DNA of 64,000 bases. Source: Raillietiella orientalis (taxonomy: Eukaryota). Position 1 is the first letter of the stretch; every line of letters starts with the position of its first letter. The stretch is from contig JAYWIR010000016.1 in assembly GCA_036172245.1 (NCBI GenBank), positions 2,852,001 to 2,916,000 of the forward strand, read 5' to 3'. The notes under the pieces were generated by a model. It was not told the DNA's origin. It ran no database searches and saw only the letters and a list, made by a program, of their open reading frames with translations. Made by a program: the position numbers and the translations under genes. Below are positions 48,251 through 58,900 of this stretch, in pieces.

Positions 48251-49358
48251 ATAGTTTTCACTCTTTATAAGAATAATCTTTGTAAGGAGTACTAAATGGC
48301 ACTTAGAAATGCAGAGCTTTGGGAATGGCGAAATCACAGCTCCTCTTTCTATTCCAGTTACCTTTCATTAAAAAAATTAGATAATCTTCAATCTTGAATC
48401 TTGACCGCTTCTTCATTTTTTTTTCGTTTTTGCCATTCATTATGAGTGATTTCCGTCTGTTCATCTTTGTTATGGAAAAATCAACACAAATATTAGGTAT
48501 GCAGCTATTTGGGAATACTCTTTAGACCGCAAGTACATTCAATCAGAAACTTTCTATTAATTTTTGATCAAAGGAATGTGGAACAATTTGAACTACTCGA
48601 AGATTTAGCAGTTTTTTTTTTTTAATAAAAAAAGAACAAAATAGACATTTTATATTAGAAAAACTTTGATCTCTTTGTTTATCATGCTTTATAATCTACG
48701 AAAATAATGCATTTATTTGGTATTTGTATTTTAGTATTTTGTTAAGCATTTTGGTTTGCAAATGGTATCGGTTTCACACGAGTATGATTATATATTTCGT
48801 AATGATCACAAACAAACGTGAATACTGCCACCTTCCGGTTCCGCTAAGGTGCAGCAAGATAAGTGGTACGTTTCGTGTCCCTAGTTGGACTTAATATGTA
48901 AGTATACTTTTGTAATATGTGCGAGTATTAATCTAAATGGATTCAATGGTAATGAAATTGGATTAAGAGAATAATATAGCATTTCCTAGCTTTATGCGAC
49001 GTTCTGTGTGATAACGGGCTCAATTGATCTCAGCTGTAATAGTGGTTAAATCGGAATTTCTATTGCCTTGAAGCATGCGGATCGTGCTGCAAAGGAATAC
49101 TTGTTAACGAATCACTCAGCAGTAGTACGATTATGGATCAGTCGATATGTTTTTATTTTTTGCTTTCTTTCTTGAGTTACTTTTGTCTTGCATTAACAAG
49201 TTGGCAGTATGCGAGTGAATTTTGACGAAGTTATGACGCATAATGAGCTGACTTCTAATCGTTTGAATTACTTTAAGACAGTATGTATTGTTTTGAATGT
49301 AGTTTTGCCTGCCGGTTTAAGCACTTACCTATTTTTTTTGCCAAATAGTGCTTCGAGC

Positions 49359-49798
49359 ATGCGTTACGTAGCAGCTTATCTCTTGGCAGTATTAGGTGGC
49401 CAGCAGTCACCTAAGGCAGCGGATATAGAAAAAATCCTTAGTTCAGTTGGAATCGAAACTGATAAAGCTAAGCTAGCTATCGTCCTCAAAGAGTTGAATG
49501 GGAAAAATGTGCAGGAACTGATAGCAGAAGGTATGAGCATTTGCAACCAATCAATTGAAGAGTCACGTTTAACTTATTGTAGGAAGTAAAAAGCTAGCTT
49601 CAGTTCCAACAGGTCCTGCTCAAGTTGCCTCTGCTGCAGGTGATGCTGCAAAACCAGCAACAGCTGAGGAACCAAAAGGTTGGTTACTTTTAGGAGATCA
49701 GTTTTTTTTATTCGAGTATTATAGCAGAACAAAAGAAAGAAGAGAAAGTGGAGTCTGAAGAATCCGATGATGACATGGGATTCGGGCTCTTTGATTAA
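49359..49798 (+). CDS. RPLP2: 60S acidic ribosomal protein P2 (exons 49359-49530, 49583-49678, 49725 or 49728-49798; 5' UTR intron 48898-49348)
   Basis: N-terminus MRYVAAYLLAVLGG...DIEKILSSVGIE and the invariant C-terminus ESEESDDDMGFGLFD*. Confidence 0.98.
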
Positions 49799-49832
49799 AT
49801 TATCTTTCTGACCATAAGCTAGGATTCAATTT

Positions 49833-50745
49833 CTACCATGGTAGAATGGTTCCATCATGTTGCAGGAAGCAACCATTATGTGATTCATTGAGGGCATGTA
49901 ACATTTGAATAATTGCAGTTACACTTTCATTGACTGACATAGGAGCAGAGTCTCCTCCCAAGTTTGTTCTTACCCATCCTGGATGTATGCTCACCACTAA
50001 AATGTCATCAGGTTTTAAGTCAATACTTAAGGACTTTGTCATTGCATTCAGTGCTGCCTGAAAATACCTAAAGTTTACATCAATCTAAATAATTTCTATT
50101 ATCTACTTTGCTGCATCTATATGGATACAGTCCTCCTTGGACATTTTCTGTTATTGAGCCCAGAACAGAACTATTATTCACTATGGCTGCCTTGTGAACA
50201 CTCATAGACCTGTTGTTGATGCTTGCAGCTAATTTTACAAATGGCAGCAGAGTCTTCCAACAGATTGAGAAACAAAAAGGTTGCTAACTCACCTGTACCA
50301 CTTTGAGCTGAGCCACTGTATTTACAGCATAAGCTTCAGTTAGTTGTTTCCAATGTACTTGATGTAGGCGGGTTGATTTATGAGCAATTCCAGCATTGTT
50401 GAATAGCAAATTGAGTCCACTATCACCAATTAAGTTTTGTATGTGAAACTGTATTTTGTTGTAGTCCTCATGGTTAAGCAAATCTAGCAAGATATATAGC
50501 TGCCAGACATGTGAATTCCTCACCAAACTTCAGGATAGTTACATTCCTATGCTGCTTGGTTAAACATTGAAGTTCCTAAAAAGTGTAATGTTCTCAACCA
50601 CAGATAATATCCATACTTCTGCCTTGGAAGGATTTCTGCATGTTGCAATAATGTGTTTCGGCTTAGAAAGATGCAGTATTTGCTTAACAAACTCTAAACC
50701 AATGCCTCTGTTGCTCCCTGTCACAAAAGCAGTACCCGAAAACAT
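49833..50745 (-). CDS. Short-chain dehydrogenase/reductase, sniffer/C-factor (CsgA)-like (exons 50617-50745, 50524-50575, 50293-50483, 50107-50253, 49833-50057; 247 aa)
   Basis: TGSNRGIG NAD(P)-binding motif, ATCRNP, NNAGI, SSVLGS, catalytic YRCSKAALN, HPGWVRT and terminal DGTILPW. Introns are 41, 40, 39 and 49 nt. Confidence 0.95.
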
Positions 50746-52399
50746 GATTCTGAAATGATAAAAATTTCGAATTTTCGGTTTACACAGCTTTCCATAAATA
50801 AGCGTTTACAAAGAAATTCAGGGACATGCTACAAAACTTTCAACAAATCCTCCCGTTACGCATTCACGTTTACAAGCATAATTCCATTTCAGTGTGTATT
50901 GAGCACTACATTGCAATACAATTGAGGTTCTAATAGGAGGTCGCTCAGGAATCTTCCATAAGCAGTGATGAGCGTTTATTCGTTGTTTGTATTTTTTTCT
51001 TTAAACTTGAGAATATGAATAACGCAAACATTCCAAAACGATCACTTGGTTCGAAAAGTTCGTAACATTCCCACTAACCTGCTATTTGAGTAAGACGACC
51101 AGGCTTACCACTCATTATGAAGGCATATCTAGGAAATGCATTCGTTTGAGATAGCTGAAAGCAATATGGTATATAAAAAAAAATGCTTTATGAAGAATAA
51201 AGATAATCTCTTTTCAACTACATCGTAAACAGCTTTATGGATTACTTGGTAAAAATCGTAACGGTAGAAAGGAATGTTTAAAATTGTATAAAGAAGTCCT
51301 GGTGAGCTTTTGCTTCATCTACCATGAGCCCGTAATTTCGTAACAGAAAAAGTAGTTTTACTAAGAACAGATTCACGCATTCGAGAAGTTTAACCCAGGT
51401 CTTTACTAAACAACAAAGTAACTTTAAATTCGTGTACTAAAATTTTTTACTTCTCTTCATTACCTGAGTGGATAAAATTTCATCAGATAAAAAACGTTTT
51501 GATCATAAGCAAAGTAGTGAGCCTTACAGAACGGAGACCAAGATGATTTCATAAATGATTTCGTAATTTTTTTTCTCGGCATCTTGAGTCATCTTGATAG
51601 TGAAAAAGGTAAATCCAGAAATTCGTGACTGGTTTCAAAGTCAGGGGAAAACATTGCAGCTGGATTCCATCCATACACTAAAAACTTTAAAATGAATATA
51701 AAAAGGCAATACATGTCTTTATACACAGCATTTCATACTGTTTTATTTCTCGTTTTTTCCCAATTGGACTCAAAAATCCTTTTCTCTCTGCTTTTGAGTT
51801 TAAAATATTTAAAAAACTTTTCCATCAAGTGAGACATAATCAGAAATTTAAATTAGAACCCAAATCCTGTTTCGTCTTTTAGATAAAAAATCGTGCTCAC
51901 GAAGAACAGCAGCAATGTGTAGGAAACGTATGTAAACATGTATGCACTAGTCTGGGAATTATCGCCCTGATATATTACGTTATCGAACAATCATATGTAC
52001 AAGACTCCAGTTTTCCGCCCGGAAAACAATATATAAACTATAGACACAAGAACATCTTCGTTTAAAGATGGAGGTTCTTTTCATTTGAAAGCATGATATT
52101 GAGACAAAATTTCGATATTTTAGTACTGTATTTCCATTGCACTTAAGATAAAAACATGCAAGAAAAAATAGGATCTGAACGACAGAAAAAATATAGAGGT
52201 TAGCCTAATAGAGGAAAATATAGAGGAAATATCCTGTAATTTATAACTGACAAAACTATTTACCATTCCATCGGGTTTTTTAAAAATATGATAGTGACAT
52301 GGATCATGTTCTTATTTACTTATGTTCTATAATTGTTCTATAATTTTCCTAATGAGCGCAAGTATTATATGATACTGTATTGCTTAGTAATATAATTGA

Positions 52400-52750
52400 G
52401 TGTATTATCTAACATTTATTGTGGAGAAGCTACAAGAGAACTCATCTCATAAATAGAAGTTGTTTACGACGCTTGAACAGATGGACAGATCCGATAATAG
52501 CATAAATGATTTTTTTATTATGCCCCCCAAAGTGGAGGTTATTCAGATAATAACTTGATACATAGATACATGATCCACAAAATGAACCAACTGATTTGTA
52601 TCTTTTTTTTCCGAGCACGGTTTCGAACGTGGTTTTCATGTTTGCAGGGGCTTTGTAGTTGATACATGATGTGACGAAACTGACTGGCGATTATCTGAAT
52701 GGCCGAGATATTTCTAATTGCTTACATTAGTCTTACATGCAATATTTAAA
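52400..52750 (-). mobile_element. Decayed ISL2EU-type transposase fragment
   Basis: SCINYKAPANMKT (YSNYK.HNT.K-like) followed by VGSFCGSCIYVSSYY (VG..P.G.I.YVS..Y-like). Confidence 0.35.
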
Positions 52751-53329
52751 GAGCTCGTTCAATTTTCCATGTTTTATGAGAAATGAATATTTGAAATAAT
52801 AAAAACTTTAACCATTTGCGTTCCTAGAATGAAGTTTTATTTCATATCAGTCTTAATTCACTACTAAAACAAATTCAGTTGGAAGTTTTGTATTTACGTG
52901 AACAATGTAATTAAAGTTTGCAGGCTCTGTAAACAAATATGCACGGTACGGTTCATTATATAGCACAGTCAGTTTGATTAGCATTTATCTCCGTATAAGT
53001 TTGAACAGACTTTCTGAAAACTTCTCCTGAAGCTGAGTGACGAAATACAAAGTGATAATAATTTTATCACTTTGTATTTTTTGAAATTTACCAAAAGAAC
53101 AACAGAAAATCAGTCATAAAATGAGTGTGTAACGAATTTGATTCAGTAGATAAAATAAATCAAAAAATCACAGCAGAATTTGGTACTGCACAGAATGAGA
53201 ACAATATACAATGTAAATCCAAAATGCATTTATGGTTACTAGAATTCTAAAAGAATTAAGAATAGTCCCTAGCTGATTGAGAGTAATGCCAGTTCGAAAC
53301 CTTTTGGTAACTGAGAACACCCAATTTTG

Positions 53330-54760
53330 CATTTCCGTCCAGCATGGGAGTTTGCAGATACGACTTCCGATGGTTTCATGCACCCTTGCACTGGATATGA
53401 AGCTGCTGATTCCTGAGGTAATTTTTATTGAAAGTTAGTTCACTTCTTTTTTTTTTTTCTCTAATTTTTGATATGTGATGATATTATTGGTCCGTGTTAC
53501 AGAATTGGTTGATGATTCCGAGTTCTGATGTATCAATGCCTAATTGCTTAACTGGTGTTTTATGATTCATGTCTAAGCTTGATGATTTTTGCAGGTGAAG
53601 ATGGGAATCTGAAGAGCTCATCGCAAAAGATATGGTTCCATTTCATATGGGTCTCAGTTGTTTATCCCTTGGTGCACAGTAATTTTTTTGTTGTTGCCAG
53701 TTGCTCCTCAGAGTTCTGTTAATTACAGCGTTGTTACAGATTTTTTTCCTATCAGAGATTCAGGTAATTTCCCAGAGAGTTTTTGAATTTTAGATGTGCA
53801 TTTATGAAAAAAGAAACACAAATTTTAGGTTGTTTTCCAATGGATATTTTGCAATAATTGTGCATTCAACTGTTCGGAGAGCCAAATATTTTTCCTTGAA
53901 TTGGGAATTAATCAGTCAATCAGGTTGGTAGTTTTAGAACAACTAATTTGGTCATTCAAGTAGCCTTTAGAACAACAAATCTGTGAGTCCAAGCTGCAGC
54001 TTCATGTTCTTGGTGAATCCTGGTGCTTCTTCATTTCAGATAGATTCATCAGCAAATTGTATGCTTAAGGAAAATCGAAGTCATATTTTCTTAGTCATTA
54101 AAATCGTTTGTTATTTTTGATACTCAGCTCAATTCTGGCTTCTGTACTTTTTAGGTACAATGTGAAAGTGTTTTTTTTACAACTTTCAAGGTGTATTATA
54201 AAAATCCTTTGCAATTCTTCATGATACAGATTTATGCTTCAGTCAGATTATAAATTAAAAATCTTTTTCAGTCATTTTATGCTAATATGCCATTAATTTC
54301 TCGTCCACAGCTGGAGGAGCAGGTATTTATTGTTTAACATTTTGTAAAGGATTCTAATGAAATATGTTCTATTAAGACCACCTAAATAAAACTAGCAGGT
54401 AATTTCCTATAGCATATTGCAAAGCAGTGTATGCAGGAAACTTGTTTCATTTTTGTTTCCAGTTTGGTATTTATTTTACAAATTGTGCTATTTTTCATAA
54501 TTATTAAATACATGTTAATGTATTTGTGAGATGGCAAGTTTTCCTGTAGCACATTTTAGAACTTAATACTGTCCAGCAAGGAGTGGATATTCACAGTTCT
54601 GGCATTTATATGCCTGTTAATTGTAAGAAGGGTGCTAGTAGGAAATCATGTTTTAGTTGCACTGGCCATTATGTGTGACAAAGTACTAATATAGGTGTAT
54701 TGCAGCTTTCCTTACAGCAGGTTATGGCACTTGTCACACATAATGCATGTTTGTTATTGT
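53330..54760 (+). ncRNA. Putative spliced non-coding snoRNA host transcript
   Basis: Exons flanking the U18 intron contain only tiny ORFs. Further splice signals include a 12-nt microexon at 54311-54322. The body is CpG-poor. Both ends are uncertain. Confidence 0.5.
53468..53536 (+). ncRNA. U18: Box C/D snoRNA U18 (SNORD18 homologue), intronic
   Basis: C box GTGATGA 53475-53481, guide TTGGTCCGTGTT 53487-53498 (antisense to the conserved LSU rRNA sequence AACACGGACCAA), D' CAGA 53500-53503, C' TTGATGA 53509-53515, D CTGA 53525-53528, terminal stem TTGATA/TATCAA. Lies inside GT-AG intron 53418-53594. Confidence 0.92.
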
Positions 54761-55770
54761 TTGGTGTATTCTTGTAAGGTGGCATTCAGAATCAAGTGGA
54801 TCTGTAGGGACAGGTAGCCATGTACTCTTTCTCTGAAGGAAGGTGGGTTGCATTTTTTTCGAAGCGAGGAAATTACGAATAACGTAGAGAAACAAGTATG
54901 TCAAGCAATTGCATTTGTTTGCATTCTCGTGTATTAAAAGCGAAACAGGTGGTTGGTCGGTGCGGAACTGTAAATCTGTCTTAAAACTACATGAAGGGCA
55001 TCCAATGTTTGGCATTGTTCAGCCGTGTCCACGATTCAGGCGTTTTCAATTAAAAGGCTTCAATTAAAATTTATTACAAAAACATCATCAACAAAAAAAA
55101 AAAAAGTGGACTCTGAACTTTGGAAGAATACGTAAATCCTTACATAAGGTTTGTTAGCTTTGCTCGTGTTGATGGTCCACTATGATCTGTAATCTACAAA
55201 GGGAAGTCCTAAAAAGTAATTGTGGATTTGTGTGTGAACGTCTTCGTGTGCGAGTTCGGAAATTCAGAAAAACTATTCCACATGGGATCAAGCAATCCGT
55301 AGCTCCCATTGGATTCACCCCCCCCCCCCTTTTTTTTTTTGAAGTTTCCCGAAAGGTCCTCCTCGTTTATTTCATGTATTGCGTTTGTGTGGTCGTGTCC
55401 TTGGACACGTACGGGTGTGATGCTGGACGTCTCTGTGGCGACTGGAGTGTCGGAGCAGACGCCGCTTGGCAACGCGGTTGCCTCGGAAAAGGAAAGAAAG
55501 ATCGCCAGCAGGAATCGTTCGAAAGCCAAATCGGGTGCACCTGGCATATCTGGCAGTTGTGCAGTTATTCCCGCGTATGTGCCACACGTCGTGCCCTCGG
55601 CGATTCACCCAACGGTCAACCGAACTCTGCGGGAACGACATCACCGGCCATACGACGAGTGGTTGGCGTGGGCTCTCCGGTGGTCAGAAATTCACACGTG
55701 CGCCCGTGGTGTGGCCAACGGTCGCAAAATGGATTCATCGGACCGAGAGCTCCGGGCCTCTTTCCAGGAG
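54760..55770. mobile_element. Two decayed ISL2EU-type transposase fragments (- about 54760-55020; + about 55400-55770)
   Basis: Minus: TDLQFRTDQPPVSLLIHE (HTH-like). Plus: SQIGCT..LCSYSRVCATRRALGDSPNG..VRPWCGQRSQNGF, resembling YS.YK..NT.KALIGISPNG..EPGD..MAD.GF. Confidence 0.45.
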
Positions 55771-55933
55771 CTACGTATTTTTCTGTTCTCAAGGATTTTT
55801 TTTTTTTTTTTCTTTGTGCTCAAGTGCTCAGAAACTTTGAGGTTTATTTATATTGCCACTAGGATTCAAGATCACACAAAAGGGCATTACAATGACGAAA
55901 AGTCTTAAAATGCCAATTCACCAAGCTGGTCGG

Positions 55934-58900
55934 TTATTTTGTTATCTCTGGACTTATCTGGGTATTCGAAATGCATGACATTGATTCTATATCGCATGTG
56001 AAAGTATCCTCACAGGGACAAAGAACTGCGTAACTGTCTCGAATATTTATTGTTTCCCCATTAGGGTACCAAAGGCTGAAATTTTCTGGCCTGTTGAAGG
56101 GACGGCAGATGTCTCCGTAGATTCCCAAGGATCTGCACTGAGGTATGCTAAATGCTTGTCTTCCTAGAAAGGGAGATAAAAAAGAGAAAGAAAAAAATCA
56201 CTGCAAGCACGGTCACAACAAACAGCCCGTTAGCACAGATTCGCTTGCAACTTTTGAGGGATTTTTCTTTTCTAAGTTTGTTTTCCACGCAATTGGGATT
56301 CCTTTCGGGACAACCGGGGCCCCGTGGAGCACGGCCCGTTTCGCGCTTCCGGGGCTGCCCTCCTCTTTTGATGTTCTCTGCACATCCCGATTCGATAAGC
56401 GACCGCCTGCATGCGTGCCAAGTCTCCGGAGCCCGTTCGATCACCTGGCGATTCGTGATGTGATCTCCGACATGCGGAATTGTGACATTCACCACGTGCA
56501 AGAGATGCGCATGCGGGCTGGCGTCCACCCTGCGTCTATATCAGGGTGGGTATTCTAGACTGGGCGAGGCAGCAGCGGTTATTGTAGCAGCTTGGACGCG
56601 CTCTTGGATGGGTCGCAAGTCTGCATCTTGCAGGGTGCGGAAGGTCCGCTATTAAGCGACACGCACTGTCGTTTCGTCGGCTTCTTAACGTGCGGCCCTA
56701 CCGGGGAAGCACGCTTGACCGGAAACCCAGACCCATTTGACGAAGAGCCGCGCAATGGAACCACACCGAACCACGAGAAAGCAGAGAAGGGGAGAGGATA
56801 AGGAAGCTGCGTCGGGGGCAACGTTCGTGGTTTCCTAGGGGTAGCAAGCCGGGCCCTCACAGCGGCTCTGACGCCTGCGCTGTTTCGTCGACCATTTCGT
56901 TTCAGCGAGACCGGAGCGGGAGTCGCTTGCGCAGCTGACGGAGGGATGCACCCGTTTCAGCCGGTTTTTTGTACTCCCTGCCCCCCCCCCCCCCCCCCCG
57001 CTCGGAGATCTGCGTAACACGGTGGTTTCTTGAGCGCCCGGAATGCAGAAGAAGCTGCGGGAAATTTCTGTGCTTGTCGACGGCGAGAACGCGCACCTCA
57101 AGAAGCGACCTTCTCCCCCTCCCCTCCATCAGCACAGCGCTGCGCAGAATTCGCAACTGCGTGAAGGTACTGCCACTCAGCGACTTGCCGTCTGCTCGCC
57201 GCGCTCGTGACCCGGAAGTTCTGTTTTGTCCCCCAAACGCGGTGGAGGAGGTGACGCATCCGTCCATCGGGCGGACGGCGGCGCCATCCCCGGGCTCGCT
57301 GCGAAGTGCATCCTCTTCGCTTGCCCTCCCTGAAGAAGGCGCATCTCGTCTACTCATGCGTTTTCTATGCGTGCGGTTTTTGGCGCTGCCTCCATGTCCC
57401 CCACCCAGCTCAGCTCTTGCCTCCCCTCCCTCTCTTGCTGCCAAGGATTATTCTTCTTTCTCGCCGAGACTGCCCTCATCTGAGGGGCCTTTCCCCTTCC
57501 TAACTGCCTGCCTCCCTCCTTCCTCAAAGCAGGGGACGACAAGTGCGCGCCAGCAATGCTGTGCTGAGTCGCGCAGGTCGTTCCTGATGGCGCCGTGCTC
57601 GTGCGTGATGTCTCGCGCAAATGGGATACGAAGAAACGGAGAAAGCGGAGGGACAGTTTTCCCAATTCCTTGCCTTGGGTCACCGTCTGCGCAGCTGCAC
57701 GGACCGTGAACAACGAGGAAGACGAAGAACAGGTGGAAAAAAACCAGCGAACCCCAAACGCCGGAAAATGAGTCGCCTCGGACCGCGCAGCGTCTTCTTC
57801 GCCTCTTTCTTGCGGAATGGTCCGACCCCGTGCCACCTCGTGGCTGGAGCCAGCGAACGCGCCACCAGCGAGCCTCGTCGGGACTGACTCTGGAACGGTC
57901 AAGATCTCTAGCTGCTTCCGGGAGGTACGGACAGCCAGCCTCCCTCTTCCCCCTCTAGCAGTGAGGAGGCCCTCTGCTCTCCCTCCCCCGTGGTCTGTCG
58001 CCGCGACCCGGAATCGCCCCACCAGTGGAAAAGCCGCGCCTGCGTACTCCCAGCCTTCGAGGTGGCAGGCAAGGTTGTCGGAGACATCTCCTTGGTCAGC
58101 AACGCCTTCCTTTCCGACTTGCCAGAAGGAAGCCGATGGACTCTTCCAGCACGCGGGACGGGGCTGCTGAGCTCATCCACCGAACGAGAGGACACAGAAA
58201 CTCGCCCTACCCTCCCTCCCTGGCACCAGAGGGAGAGGGTCGCGCTTCCATCATACCCGGATTGTCCTATGGCGCTGCAGCACTCTCGGATCATCTTAGC
58301 GATCAGCCCGGCTCCCCGCTCTTCTTCCTTCCTTCGTTAGAGAGACGACGTCGTCCAGTCCTTCCGCTTCTCCTGGGAAGGGGAAGGCCAAAGACCTCCA
58401 TTCCTCTCTGCGTTGCTCTGGGGGTTAGGAGGTCCTCGTCGCCATCGTCGCCTGCCGGGCTTCTGCCTTCCGGCCACTCGCACGTCGCCTGGCAACTTGC
58501 CCTTCTTTTCCCGTCTCCCTTTCCTGGATCCTTCCACAGCCCACGAGGTCAACCTCTCCCACCGGAGGGGTGTCGCGCACCCGGGCGGAGCAGAGCGCGT
58601 GCCCGCGCACGTCCCCGGTGGAGGGGGCGAGGCAGGGCTCGAACTTTGGGAAGAGGAAGCTGGGAGAGCAGAAGGGGGGGGGATATATAGGGGTGGGTTG
58701 GGAAGGACTTGCGGGCAACATCTCATCGGGGATGTGCGCGAGCCCCTCCGGGAAGCGTCCTGGGGGTCTTTCGGATGTCTCTCCTTCCTCCTTCCCGCCT
58801 GCCGCAGCGCCCACTTATGCAGGCGTGGGAACGAGTGGGACGGAGGGAAGGGGAAGGTGGGTGCGATCGTAGAGGAGCACCGCGGGAAGTTGGCAGCAGT

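Noticed and set aside
47681..48470. Possible multi-exon host gene divergent from RPLP2
   Set aside because: Stops and frameshifts lack matching splice sites. Better explained as a transposase fossil.
50964..51030. GTGATGA C-box-like motif
   Set aside because: No D box or recognisable rRNA guide at a suitable distance.
54564..54586. TAATACTGTC resembling the miR-8 5' end
   Set aside because: Only 10 nt match and there is no miR-8-like complementary 5' arm.
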